NCBI GenBank assembly: GCA_964220215.1
Contig: CAXPTH010000017.1
Coordinates: forward strand, 1 to 24,751
Source: Alteromonas sp.
GTDB lineage: Bacteria > Margulisbacteria > Marinamargulisbacteria > UBA6595
DNA: 24,751 bases
Reading direction: 5' to 3'
Shown here: in pieces, positions 9,286 to 18,871 of the stretch
Position numbering within the stretch: position 1 is the first letter of the stretch
Layout of the letters: each line of letters opens with the position of its first letter
Position numbers and translations under genes: made by a program
Notes under the pieces: generated by a model
Databases searched by the model: none
What the model saw: only the letters and a program-made list of their open reading frames with translations
What the model was told of the DNA's origin: nothing

Positions 9286-10638
9286 ATGTCTGGTTTAATT
9301 GTTAGTCAGTCGGGAATTCGGGGGATTGTCGGGGAGACATTGACCCCGTACGTTGCCTTGGATGTGGGGGTTGCGTTTGGGCATTTTGTATCGGGGGGTG
9401 TTGTGGTTGTGGGGGGCGATACACGTCCGTCCCATGAAATGTTGAAACAAGCGGTGGTTGCTGGGCTAACCAGTGTGGGGTGTTCGGTTATTGATATTGG
9501 CAAAGTCCCAACGCCAACGGTTCAGCAAGCCATTCGGCATCACCAAGCAGCTGGAGGCATTGTGATTACGGCATCGCATAATCCAGCGCCTTGGAATGGC
9601 TTGAAATTAATGCAGGCGAGCGGGTCGTTTTTGGATGATGCGGCGTATGAGCAGTTTCAAGGCGTTTATGCCAACCGCCACCAGCTCGTGGGCATGCCAT
9701 GGGATCGGGTGGGCCAGTGCGTTCAGGACCCGGATGCGATTCAGCGGCATGTGAATCGTATTGTGTCGGTTATTGAAATGCCAGATGTTTCCCATTTGTC
9801 GGTCTTGGTGGATGCCAATCATGGAACGGGGTGTTTGGCCACGCCTGTTTTGTTGGATACATTGGGGGTTCGGTACGATCTGATGCAATCGGATGGAGAC
9901 GGGCATTTTTCACACCCTCCGGAACCCGTTCGGGCTAATTTAGACGGCATTGTTTCGCGGATGCAGTCGGGCGGATATGATATTGGGTTTGTGCAAGATC
10001 CCGATGCAGATCGGCTGGTTGTTATCGATGATCAGGGACGCTATATTGGCGAAGACTATACCCTGGGGTTGTGCGTCGATTATCTATTAAGTACGCACAA
10101 TGCCGTGGATTCAACGGTAGTGATTAATTTATCAACCTCGGCCTTGCTGCATGATATTGTCGCGCGGCATCAGGCGCAACTGATTCAAACTAAAATTGGG
10201 GAGACGCATGTGACACAAGCCTTAATGCAGCATGGTGGTTTAATTGGCGGTGAAGGCAATGGGGGTGTGATTTATCCAGAAGTGGGATGGGGGCGTGATA
10301 GCTTGGTGGGGATGGCGTTGTTGCTCAAAGCGCTAGTGACGCAATCCGTTCGTGTGTCGCAATGGGCTGATCAATTTGATCGGTATGAATTTCTCAAAGC
10401 GTCAGTGCCGGTGACGGATTCAATGAATTTAGAGGCGTTTATTCACGCGTTGGGCAATCAATTTTCAGACTATACGGCCAATGACGCAGATGGTTTGAAA
10501 CTGATGGGCCCAGACGGTTGGATTCATGTGCGGAGCTCCAATACTGAGCCGATCGTCCGCATTTTTATTGAAGCCAAAACACAGGAATTATGTCAGGCTA
10601 TGATGGCTCAAGTGAAGGCGGTAATGGCCAATGACTAA
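9286..10638 (+). CDS. glmM: Alpha-D-phosphohexomutase (phosphoglucosamine mutase / phosphomannomutase)
   Basis: SGIRG, catalytic ITASHNP, metal loop DPDADR, GEGNGG, VRSSNTEPIVRIFIEA. Exact substrate uncertain. Confidence 0.8.
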   Translation: MSGLIVSQSGIRGIVGETLTPYVALDVGVAFGHFVSGGVVVVGGDTRPSHEMLKQAVVAGLTSVGCSVIDIGKVPTPTVQQAIRHHQAAGGIVITASHNPAPWNGLKLMQASGSFLDDAAYEQFQGVYANRHQLVGMPWDRVGQCVQDPDAIQRHVNRIVSVIEMPDVSHLSVLVDANHGTGCLATPVLLDTLGVRYDLMQSDGDGHFSHPPEPVRANLDGIVSRMQSGGYDIGFVQDPDADRLVVIDDQGRYIGEDYTLGLCVDYLLSTHNAVDSTVVINLSTSALLHDIVARHQAQLIQTKIGETHVTQALMQHGGLIGGEGNGGVIYPEVGWGRDSLVGMALLLKALVTQSVRVSQWADQFDRYEFLKASVPVTDSMNLEAFIHALGNQFSDYTANDADGLKLMGPDGWIHVRSSNTEPIVRIFIEAKTQELCQAMMAQVKAVMAND

Positions 10639-10645
10639 ATTAAAT

Positions 10646-10675
10646 TTGTCAATGACAGTCAATTTGGTTTATAAT
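10646..10675 (+). promoter_or_regulatory. sigma70 promoter of the rpsA operon
   Basis: TTGTCA at 10646-10651, 18 bp, TATAAT at 10670-10675; AGGAGG at 10698-10703 before ATG 10708. Confidence 0.7.
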
Positions 10676-10707
10676 ATTACCCAGTTAGATTTGTTTCAGG
10701 AGGATGT

Positions 10708-11985
10708 ATGACGGACGTGGAAAATAATAATGGTAATTTAATGGAAAATGATGACGAAATTCTAAGTACAGAAACAAGTCAACAATCTGGGGTAAGCATG
10801 GGGTTTGAGCCCGATGAGATGGACGAAGAAGATTTCTTTGGCCAAGCAGTTAATGATTTAATCGTTGATTATTCAATTGGACAGACCGTTCAAGGCATAG
10901 TGAGCAGTATTGAGAAAGAAGGGGTGTTGCTAGATATTGGGTATAAATCCGATGCCTTTATGCCAAATAATGAAGTCCCTAAAAAAACGTTGTTGGGGGA
11001 TTCGTTAACAATCGTTCCTGGCGATCAATTGGATGTTACCATCGTAAAATTAGAGACGAAAGAAGGGTATACATTGGTTTCAGGAAAGCGCGCCTTTTTC
11101 GCATTGGCTTGGCAGTATCTTAAAGATGCTGCACAGTCTGGGGATGTGTTGTCTGTTACCGTCAACAATCAGGTGGAAGGTGGTTTGGTGGCCCAGTTTA
11201 ACACGGTTAAAGGGTTTATTCCGGCTTCCCACGCAGTCACGGGTCCAGACGATTCGCTTGAAAATTATATTGGAAAGTCACTGGAAGTGGTGGTTCTTTC
11301 CGTTGATCAAAAAAAGAAGAAAGTGGTATTCTCAGCTAAAAAGGCCCGGCAGCGTCCTAGTGAAAGTCAGATCAAAGAAACCGATGCTTTCTTTGAGGAG
11401 TTGGATTCCGGTCAGGTGCTTAGCGGTACGGTAACCAACATTAAAGACTTTGGGGCTTTTGTGGATATCGGTCACGGCATCGAAGGATTGGTACACATTA
11501 GTGAATTGTCATGGACGCGTGTCCGTCACCCATCGGACGTGATTGCTGTTGGTGATGAGGTCCAAGTATTTGTATTGGGTGTCAGCACAGAAAATCGGCG
11601 GGTGTCTTTGGGCATGAAGCAGTTGCAGCCCGATCCATGGTTGCGTGCACAGACACTCTATCGCGAAGGCGATATTGTTGAAGGGGTTGTAACACGCATT
11701 GCTACGTTTGGTGCCTTTTTTGAATTGCAGCATGGCATTGAAGGTTTGATTCACATTAGCAAGTTTTCGACGGATCGCGTTGAAAATGTAGCCGATGTGG
11801 TGTCTGAAGGATACAAATGCAAAGCAAAAATTATTAAGTTTTTCCCAGATAAGCAAAAAATTGGATTGAGTCTCATTGGTGTTGATCAAGATGGTCCATG
11901 CACCAACATTGAAGACCGTGAACAGAGCGCGAATGCCGGTGATTCTGTTCTTAATACAGAAGAAACGACAGTGGAGGCGAATTAG
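10708..11985 (+). CDS. rpsA: 30S ribosomal protein S1 (four S1 domains)
   Basis: S1 repeats [63 protein letters not shown]. Confidence 0.93.
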   Translation: MTDVENNNGNLMENDDEILSTETSQQSGVSMGFEPDEMDEEDFFGQAVNDLIVDYSIGQTVQGIVSSIEKEGVLLDIGYKSDAFMPNNEVPKKTLLGDSLTIVPGDQLDVTIVKLETKEGYTLVSGKRAFFALAWQYLKDAAQSGDVLSVTVNNQVEGGLVAQFNTVKGFIPASHAVTGPDDSLENYIGKSLEVVVLSVDQKKKKVVFSAKKARQRPSESQIKETDAFFEELDSGQVLSGTVTNIKDFGAFVDIGHGIEGLVHISELSWTRVRHPSDVIAVGDEVQVFVLGVSTENRRVSLGMKQLQPDPWLRAQTLYREGDIVEGVVTRIATFGAFFELQHGIEGLIHISKFSTDRVENVADVVSEGYKCKAKIIKFFPDKQKIGLSLIGVDQDGPCTNIEDREQSANAGDSVLNTEETTVEAN

Positions 11986-11987
11986 TT

Positions 11988-12356
11988 ATGGCAGTAAAAG
12001 TACGATTAAAGCGGTTTGGAAACAAAGACAATCCATCGTATCGCGTTGTTATCATGGACAGTCGAAGTCCTCGAGATGGTGCGGTGATTGAGTCCATTGG
12101 CCAATACAACCCAATGCGAGAGCCGTTGATTTTTACAATTAAAGAAGATCGACTGCGCTATTGGATGGGTGTGGGCGCTCAGCCAACCGATACCGTGAAA
12201 CGGTTGGTTTCACAGCACTCTGAATCGGTAGCCAAAGAGTTTGAAAAACAATTTAAAAGAAAATTTAAAATTAAAGAAAAGCGAGGTAGCCATGTGGTCG
12301 AATCTAATGAACAAGAACAATCTGACGGATCCGGAAACGCCGAGTCAGAAAACTGA
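11988..12356 (+). CDS. rpsP: 30S ribosomal protein S16 with C-terminal extension
   Basis: [40 protein letters not shown]. Confidence 0.96.
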   Translation: MAVKVRLKRFGNKDNPSYRVVIMDSRSPRDGAVIESIGQYNPMREPLIFTIKEDRLRYWMGVGAQPTDTVKRLVSQHSESVAKEFEKQFKRKFKIKEKRGSHVVESNEQEQSDGSGNAESEN

Positions 12357-12366
12357 GTCATCAAGC

Positions 12367-12600
12367 ATGAAAGACTTAGTCGAATACATTGTCAAAGCCT
12401 TGGTTGACAACCCCGATAACGTGGAAGTTACAGAGGTTTCCACAACCAGCACATCGGTGATTGAGGTGAAAGTGGACCAAAGTGATGCCGGCAAAGTTAT
12501 TGGCCGTGAGGGGCGTATTGCCAATGCCATTCGCACGTTGGTAAAATCAGCCGGTGGCCGAGACAATCGAAAGATTAACGTTGAAATTATAACGCAGTAG
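12367..12600 (+). CDS. khpA: KH-domain RNA-binding protein KhpA
   Basis: MKDLVEYIVKALVDNPD and GKVIGREGRIANAIRT. Start placed at ATG 12367 rather than the upstream TTG of the ORF track. Confidence 0.92.
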   Translation: MKDLVEYIVKALVDNPDNVEVTEVSTTSTSVIEVKVDQSDAGKVIGREGRIANAIRTLVKSAGGRDNRKINVEIITQ

Positions 12601-12601
12601 C

Positions 12602-13348
12602 ATGCGGATCTACCTAGTCACCCTCTTTCCGGAGGTGATGGAGGCCGCATTGCTGCGAGGGGTTTTGAAAAAGGGGTATGATGCCGGTCGGTTTTCTTTT
12701 GACTGCATTGACTTGCGTCAGCACGGTGTGGGGCCTCGAAAACAAATTGACGATGCGCCCTTTGGCAAGCAGTCGGGCATGGTAATTCGTGCGGACGTGG
12801 TTCAAAGCGCTGTAATGGCTATTCCGGATTACACTAAATATCCTATAATTCTAATGAGCCCATCTGGAACAGCGCTCGATCAGACCATGCCGACCGAATG
12901 GGCCAAAGGCTCCGGCTTAATCATTGTATCGGCTTACTATGAAGGGGTGGATTATCGCATTTTTGATCTGTTGCCCATTGCGCCGGTGTCCGTTGGGCCG
13001 TATGTGGTTTCATCGGGGGATTTGCCGGCATTAATGGTGGCAGAAGCCACGGTCCGGTTGTTGCCCGGTGTTGTGGGGTGTATGGATAATGTGGCGGATG
13101 ACTCGTATGTATCGGCGTTGTTGGAACCCCCCACCTACACACAGCCACGCGCCTTGGGCACTGATCCCGAACACCCTGTTCCGGATGTTTTGCTCAGTGG
13201 GCATCATCAACGCATTGCTGATTGGAAGCAGCATCAGGCGTTGTCGGCCACATTTTTTAATCACCCCCAGTTATTGAGTACGTATCAGCCTAGTCAAGCC
13301 GAGAAAATTATGTTATTATCTACTCTAAAAGGAAAGGAGAGAATTTGA
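12602..13348 (+). CDS. trmD: tRNA (guanine37-N1)-methyltransferase
   Basis: VTLFPE, IDDAPFG, MSPSG, YEGVD, VRLLPGVVG, VPDVLLSGHHQRIADW; position between khpA and rplS. Confidence 0.93.
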   Translation: MRIYLVTLFPEVMEAALLRGVLKKGYDAGRFSFDCIDLRQHGVGPRKQIDDAPFGKQSGMVIRADVVQSAVMAIPDYTKYPIILMSPSGTALDQTMPTEWAKGSGLIIVSAYYEGVDYRIFDLLPIAPVSVGPYVVSSGDLPALMVAEATVRLLPGVVGCMDNVADDSYVSALLEPPTYTQPRALGTDPEHPVPDVLLSGHHQRIADWKQHQALSATFFNHPQLLSTYQPSQAEKIMLLSTLKGKERI

Positions 13349-13351
13349 GTT

Positions 13352-13723
13352 ATGCCATCTAAAATAATACAAGACCTAGAAGCGATTTCCAAAGACGATG
13401 CTGTTGCATACGCTGTTGGCGATACCATTCGGGTTCATCAATTAATTCGTGAAGGGAAAAAAGAGCGGGTTCAACGTTACGAAGGGGTTGTGATTAGTCG
13501 TCGCAATAAAGGCAATATTAAAGAAGTTGTCACCGTTCGTAAGATCGTTGATAAAATTGGGGTAGAGAAAACATTTTTAGTTCGTTCTCCCTTGGTGTCT
13601 AAAATAGAAGTGGTTCGGCAATCCAGTGTTCGTCGGGCTAAGTTATTCTATTTGCGAGATCGAAAAGGTACCAAAGCAACTCGATTAAAAGCAAAAGTCG
13701 AAGCCACGAAATCCGATAGCTAG
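13352..13723 (+). CDS. rplS: 50S ribosomal protein L19
   Basis: VGDTIRVH, REGKKERVQRYEGVVI, TVRKIVDKIGVEKTF, VRRAKLFYLR. Confidence 0.97.
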   Translation: MPSKIIQDLEAISKDDAVAYAVGDTIRVHQLIREGKKERVQRYEGVVISRRNKGNIKEVVTVRKIVDKIGVEKTFLVRSPLVSKIEVVRQSSVRRAKLFYLRDRKGTKATRLKAKVEATKSDS

Positions 13724-13724
13724 G

Positions 13725-14714
13725 ATGATCCGGGCAGGTATTGTCGGGGCTGCAGGGTATGTTGGATCCACGTTGGTCCGCCTGGTTCATGAGCACCCCC
13801 ATTTGGATCTTGAATTTGTGGGGAGTTCAACCCATGCCGGAAAATTGGTATCGGATATTTACGCATTTGTTCAGAATCCCGATTTAGTTTTTAGTCAATT
13901 TGATCCGCTTAGCCCTCCCAATGTGGATGTGTTATTTATGGCCATGCCCCATGCAACATCCCATGTGTGGATGCATCAACTCACAAAAAAAACAGGGATT
14001 TCCGTGTTTGATTTGTCGGCAGATTTTCGATTAGACTCCCCCGAGGCGTTTGAGCGTTATTATGCTATTCCACATGAAAACCCAGATCTGTTGGATCAAT
14101 TTTCCTATGGGATCCCGGAATTGTTTCGGTCTGATATTCAGGCCAAGCCGCATTGTGCATTAGCCGGTTGTTTTGCAACCGCCATGATCTTGGGGCTGTA
14201 TCCCCTGCGGGATCAATCTTTTGTGGACACCATTGTGATTGATGGTAAAACTGGGATGTCCGGCGCCGGGAAGAAAGTAGTCCCCACGAGTCTATACTGT
14301 GAAGTCAACGAAGCGGTATTGCCGTATAATACCTATCATCATCGCCATGTGGCCGAAGTCACGCAGGTGGTGGGTCGGCCGGTGCTGTTTTCGCCGCATA
14401 TCGTTCCCATGGATGCGGGTATTTTATGTTCGAGTTATATTCGGTGCCAATCCCCAGTGACAGCCGACCAGATTCGTGCTCTGTATCAGCAGCAGTATGC
14501 GGCATGCCCGTTCATTCAATTGGTCGCTGATGTGCCCAAAACCAAGCGTGTGGTTGGGACCAATCGGTGTGAAATTGGGATTCAGGTCTATGATGATCAT
14601 TGGTTGGTGGTGTTTGTTGCCATTGATAATTTAATTAAAGGTGCAGCTGGGCAAGCCATTCAGGCTATGAATATCAAATTTGGTTTTGATGAGACCCTCG
14701 GGATCCGACAATGA
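13725..14714 (+). CDS. argC: N-acetyl-gamma-glutamyl-phosphate reductase
   Basis: GIVGAAGYVG, DLSADFRL, YGIPEL, AGCFAT, GMSGAG, HRHVAE, AIDNLIKGAAGQAIQAMN. Confidence 0.95.
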   Translation: MIRAGIVGAAGYVGSTLVRLVHEHPHLDLEFVGSSTHAGKLVSDIYAFVQNPDLVFSQFDPLSPPNVDVLFMAMPHATSHVWMHQLTKKTGISVFDLSADFRLDSPEAFERYYAIPHENPDLLDQFSYGIPELFRSDIQAKPHCALAGCFATAMILGLYPLRDQSFVDTIVIDGKTGMSGAGKKVVPTSLYCEVNEAVLPYNTYHHRHVAEVTQVVGRPVLFSPHIVPMDAGILCSSYIRCQSPVTADQIRALYQQQYAACPFIQLVADVPKTKRVVGTNRCEIGIQVYDDHWLVVFVAIDNLIKGAAGQAIQAMNIKFGFDETLGIRQ

Positions 14715-15889
14715 TCGATGGTGTTTACTTAGATGGCATTGCGTCGGGGATCAAGCTTAGCGGAAAACGGGATCTTGGCTATATTTTTGTGCCTGATGCC
14801 TGTGCATCTGCCTGTGTGGTGACGCAAAATGTGTGTCGGGCGGCGCCGGTATTAATCACGGAGCACTATCGGCATTTGGGTAAATTTAAAGCGATATTTT
14901 TTAATTCAGGGAATGCCAATATGTTAACCGGTTCTGCTGGATTTAAAACCGCCGAGCAGATGCAGCACATAGCCGCTGACTCTTTGGGATTGACGCTTGA
15001 AGAAGTGGCCATTGCCTCAACAGGCAAAATTAGCGAGCCCTTGTCCCTAGATAAAATACAAGCAGGGGCCGTGCGATTGTTTCAACCCCCGCATGCTCAG
15101 GATTCAGATGCGTGTATGGCCGCTATGCTAACCACCGATTTGGTTACGAAATCAACCCATCAAACAGCGATTATTAATGGGCAAACGGTTGAGGTCGCGG
15201 GGATGGCCAAAGGCTCAGGAATGATTGAACCCAATATGGCGACTATGTTTGCATTTTTGGTCACCAACGTTGCCATCGAATCCGAGCTTCTTCAGGAAAT
15301 CTTTTCTCGTGCGGTTGCCGATACCTTCAATATGATTTCTGTGGATTCCGATACGTCAACCAATGACACAGCGCTGATGATATCCCGTCCGGTCTGTACG
15401 ATTGATTGGACGGACCCTATTCAGTCTGATCTATATTACAAGTTGGTGTATCAGGCATGTCGAGACTTGGCGATTCAAATTGTTCGGGACGGCGAAGGCA
15501 TGACTAAACTGATGCATGTGACGGTGCGCCAGGCCCCCGATGTGGCGGTAGCGCAGCACATTGTGAAGGCCATTATTAACTCACCATTAGTAAAAACAGC
15601 GGTGCATGGCGGGGACCCCAATTGGGGGCGTATTATTGCCGCAGCGGGTAAAGCGCCGGGGGCATCCGCATGTGTCCATGTTGAGCGCATTGCGTTGTCT
15701 ATTGCCGGGACGTGTGTGTTTCAAGCCGGGGAGCCGGTAGCGTTTGATACCCCTACATTGCGTCAACACTTGCAAGCATCCGATACCGTTCCGATAGAGT
15801 TAACACTGGGCTGTGGGTCTGTGGTTGTGGAAGGGTGGGGAACGGATTTATCCAAAACATACATTGATATCAACGTGGCGTATACATAG
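14711..15889 (+). CDS. argJ: Ornithine acetyltransferase / bifunctional ArgJ
   Basis: NSGNAN, ASTG, MLTTD, AKGSGMIEPNMATM (autoproteolysis site), DTSTNDT, IVRDGEG, SPLVKTAVHGGDPNWGRI. Confidence 0.95.
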   Translation: MIDGVYLDGIASGIKLSGKRDLGYIFVPDACASACVVTQNVCRAAPVLITEHYRHLGKFKAIFFNSGNANMLTGSAGFKTAEQMQHIAADSLGLTLEEVAIASTGKISEPLSLDKIQAGAVRLFQPPHAQDSDACMAAMLTTDLVTKSTHQTAIINGQTVEVAGMAKGSGMIEPNMATMFAFLVTNVAIESELLQEIFSRAVADTFNMISVDSDTSTNDTALMISRPVCTIDWTDPIQSDLYYKLVYQACRDLAIQIVRDGEGMTKLMHVTVRQAPDVAVAQHIVKAIINSPLVKTAVHGGDPNWGRIIAAAGKAPGASACVHVERIALSIAGTCVFQAGEPVAFDTPTLRQHLQASDTVPIELTLGCGSVVVEGWGTDLSKTYIDINVAYT

Positions 15890-15910
15890 ATGGTCGACTG
15901 GGGCTAAGCA

Positions 15911-15940
15911 TTGCTATTTTATTCCCTTTTTCGATAAACT
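15911..15940 (+). promoter_or_regulatory. Internal sigma70 promoter for argB (leaderless-type spacing)
   Basis: TTGCTA at 15911-15916, 18 bp, TAAACT at 15935-15940, 6 nt before ATG 15947; no Shine-Dalgarno. Confidence 0.55.
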
Positions 15941-15946
15941 ATTAAA

Positions 15947-16813
15947 ATGATATACAAAGATAATATCGATAAAGCGCGCGTATTGGTGGAATCGCTGCCA
16001 TACATTAAAGACTTTTTTGGCAAAACGGTTGTCATTAAATACGGGGGGTCGTTAATGGTTGACGATGCCATGAAGCAGCAATTTGCGCAAGATATTGTAT
16101 TGTTAAAATACGTCGGCATTAACCCGATTATTGTCCATGGTGGGGGTAAAGATATTACCAAATGGCTCAACCGCATTGGCAAAGAGACCGTGTTTATTGA
16201 TGGCCTTCGCGTGACCGATTCAGAAACAATGGAAGTCACAGAAATGGTCTTGTCGGGTAAAATTAATAGCGATATTGTTACCCTAATTAATGAAGCCGGA
16301 GGTAAGGCCGTTGGCTTGTCCGGCAAAGACGGGCACTTGTTTCAAGCCAAGCGCTTGGACCATCACCCCGATAAAGATATGGGGTTGGTCGGCACCATTA
16401 CGCACATCAACGATGATATTTTGACCCTTCTGGCCAAAGAAGATTATATTCCTGTTGTGGCATCCATTGGCCGTGGGCAAGGGCGTGAAAGCCTCAATAT
16501 TAATGCCGATAACGTGGCCTCAGAAGTGGCCATCAAAGTTAAGGCCACCAAATTAGTTTATTTGACTGATATTGACGGCATTATGATTGACAATGTCTTA
16601 CAGGGATTTTTTAATTATGCAGAGGCCAAAGCCTTGTTAAATCACGAACAAATTTCCGGGGGCATGCGCCCCAAATTGCAGTATGCGATTAATGCGCTGG
16701 AGCAGGGGGTGCATCGGGTTCATATTATTAATGGCATGGTGGAACATGCCGTATTGCTGGAGTTGTTTATGGACAACGGTATTGGAACATGTTTGAGCCG
16801 TGACAATCGATAA
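15947..16813 (+). CDS. argB: Acetylglutamate kinase
   Basis: VVIKYGGSLM, IVHGGG, GLRVTD, GLSGKDG, NINADNVA, GGMRPK, HAVLLELFMDNGIGT. Confidence 0.96.
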   Translation: MIYKDNIDKARVLVESLPYIKDFFGKTVVIKYGGSLMVDDAMKQQFAQDIVLLKYVGINPIIVHGGGKDITKWLNRIGKETVFIDGLRVTDSETMEVTEMVLSGKINSDIVTLINEAGGKAVGLSGKDGHLFQAKRLDHHPDKDMGLVGTITHINDDILTLLAKEDYIPVVASIGRGQGRESLNINADNVASEVAIKVKATKLVYLTDIDGIMIDNVLQGFFNYAEAKALLNHEQISGGMRPKLQYAINALEQGVHRVHIINGMVEHAVLLELFMDNGIGTCLSRDNR

Positions 16814-17684
16814 TTTTATTGATATTTTGCCACACAGTGCTGCAGATTTAGAATCGCTGCTGGATTGTGCAAACCGATTAAAATCAGAGCCCAATGCGTT
16901 TGAGCGGCCCTTGTCTGGCTATACCGTTGGTATGATTTTGCAAAAGCCATCGATGCGCACTCGGGTGTCGTTTGAGGTGGGCCTTAACCGATTGGGTGGG
17001 CATCTCATCCAATTATCACCCACGGATATTGGGTTTGGCACGCGGGAGCCGCTGTCAGACATGATGGGTGTATTGTCGCGTTATTGCAATGCGTTAATTT
17101 TGCGTGTCAAGCACCATACGGATTTATTGGCTTGCTTGCAGCATGCCAGCATTCCCATTATTAATGGCTTGTCCGATGAAAGCCATCCCTGCCAGGCCTT
17201 AGCCGATATTATGACGGTGTTGGAATGCAAGTCCCGAGACGCTAAGATTGTCTATATCGGGGATGGCAACAATGTGTGCCAGTCATTAATTGATATTTGC
17301 AGTGTTTTGTCGTTGAATTTAACCGTCATTACGCCAGAGGGCCATGCCCCAAAGCACCCACGCAATGCCACGATTACCCACACAATGGCAGCCTGTGCGG
17401 GAGCGGATGTTTTGTACACAGATGTGTGGATGAGCATGGGCCAAGAGGCTGTGGACGTGGCGGTATTCCAGCCCTATCAAATCAACGATGCGGTATTGGC
17501 AACCGCCCAACCCGATGCCATTGTGATGCATTGTTTGCCGGCCGTTCGGGGCGAAGAAATTACCGATTCGGTGTTGACCGGTTCTCAATCCGTTGTCTTT
17601 CAGCAAGCTGAAAATCGAATGTATGCTCAACAAGCAATTATGATCATGTTAATGAGGAGGTCCTTATGGAAACAGTGGTATTAG
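16800..17684 (+). CDS. argF: Ornithine carbamoyltransferase
   Basis: KPSMRTRVSFE, HPCQALAD, GDGNNV, YTDVWMSMGQE, MHCLPA, QQAENR. Confidence 0.94.
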   Translation: MTIDNFIDILPHSAADLESLLDCANRLKSEPNAFERPLSGYTVGMILQKPSMRTRVSFEVGLNRLGGHLIQLSPTDIGFGTREPLSDMMGVLSRYCNALILRVKHHTDLLACLQHASIPIINGLSDESHPCQALADIMTVLECKSRDAKIVYIGDGNNVCQSLIDICSVLSLNLTVITPEGHAPKHPRNATITHTMAACAGADVLYTDVWMSMGQEAVDVAVFQPYQINDAVLATAQPDAIVMHCLPAVRGEEITDSVLTGSQSVVFQQAENRMYAQQAIMIMLMRRSLWKQWY

Positions 17685-18871
17685 CGTATTCGGGTGGTTT
17701 AGACACGTCGATTATGATTCCGTGGCTCAAAGAAAACTATAATGTTGAGGTTGTGGCTCTATGTATTGATTTGGGGCAGGGTAAAGAGTTAACCGGGTTA
17801 AGAGAAAAGGCGCTAAACAGTGGGGCCAAAGCCGTTATCATTGATGATTTACGGGAGTCGTTTGTGGTGGATTATTGGTATCCAACCTTGCGATCCGGAG
17901 CCTTATACGAATCCAAATATTTGCTCGGGACCAGCATTGGTCGGCCTCTCATTGCCAAGCGTATGGTGGATGTGGCGCATGAGTATGGGGCAACGATGGT
18001 GGCGCACGGAGCCACGGGCAAGGGCAATGACCAAGTTCGATTTGAGCTGACGTTCATGGCCTTGGACCCATCGCTTAAAATTATTGCGCCCTGGAAAGAT
18101 CCCAAATGGAACCTAACATCGCGAGAGGCTTGTGTTGAATACGCCCAACAGCACGGCATCCCAATTGCACAATCCTCCGGCCGAATTTATTCTGAAGACG
18201 CAAATTTATTGCATATCAGCCATGAGGGCGGTGTATTGGAATCGTTAACCGAGCCCGTGCCGGATGATGTCTACAGCATGAGTCAAGTGTTGGCGAATAC
18301 TCCCGATACCCCCGATACAATAACCCTATCGTTTGAGTCTGGGATTCCCGTGCGGGTCAATGGAGAGGCAATGGCACCTGTGCCGATGTTGGAGCATTTG
18401 AATGCCCTTGGGGCCAAGCATGGTATTGGGCAAATTGACTTGGTTGAAAACCGATTGGTTGGGATGAAATCTCGCGGCATTTACGAAACTCCGGGGGGGA
18501 CAATTGTCTTTGCCGCACATACAGAATTGGAGCATTTGGTGTTGGACCGCTCGCTCTTGCATTTAAAAGAAAAGTTAGCCCTAGACTATGCCGACTTGGT
18601 CTATGATGGGCGATGGTTTTCAACCACACGGACTGCCCTGGATGCCTTTGTGAATGATACGCAAAAAGTGGTCACTGGGGATATTACCATGTCCTTGTTT
18701 AAAGGCCATGTTCGGCCGGTTAAACGGGTGTCGCCCTTTAGCCTGTATCACGAATCGTTGTCGTCATTTTCGGATTCTGAGCTGTACAATCAGGCCGATG
18801 CCGTTGGTTTTATTAAAATTTATGGGTTGCCCACTAAAATTAACGGCATGCGGGATCGGGGTGAATTGTGA
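17666..18871 (+). CDS. argG: Argininosuccinate synthase
   Basis: VLAYSGGLDTS, HGATGKGNDQVRFE, VENRLVGMKSRGIYETPGGT; GAGGAGG ribosome-binding site inside the argF end. Confidence 0.97.
   Translation: METVVLAYSGGLDTSIMIPWLKENYNVEVVALCIDLGQGKELTGLREKALNSGAKAVIIDDLRESFVVDYWYPTLRSGALYESKYLLGTSIGRPLIAKRMVDVAHEYGATMVAHGATGKGNDQVRFELTFMALDPSLKIIAPWKDPKWNLTSREACVEYAQQHGIPIAQSSGRIYSEDANLLHISHEGGVLESLTEPVPDDVYSMSQVLANTPDTPDTITLSFESGIPVRVNGEAMAPVPMLEHLNALGAKHGIGQIDLVENRLVGMKSRGIYETPGGTIVFAAHTELEHLVLDRSLLHLKEKLALDYADLVYDGRWFSTTRTALDAFVNDTQKVVTGDITMSLFKGHVRPVKRVSPFSLYHESLSSFSDSELYNQADAVGFIKIYGLPTKINGMRDRGEL

Noticed and set aside
10634..10668. Short inverted repeats upstream of rpsA (TGTC-AAT-GACA) as an operator or terminator
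   Set aside because: The stems are very short and AT-rich, within chance expectation.
12241..12366. N-terminal extension of KhpA in the ORF track
   Set aside because: It overlaps rpsP in another frame; the family-typical start MKDLVEYIVK is at 12367.
15912..15925. TGCTATTTTATTCC as a possible ARG box over the argB -35
   Set aside because: Only 11/14 to TGMATWWWWATKCA in AT-rich DNA, single copy, and no argR in view.
16800..17684. SMRT carbamoyl-phosphate motif suggested N-acetylornithine transcarbamylase (ArgF')
   Set aside because: The DxxxSMG loop (DVWMSMG) and HCLPA.RG.E of ordinary OTCase are present, and argJ supplies ornithine.
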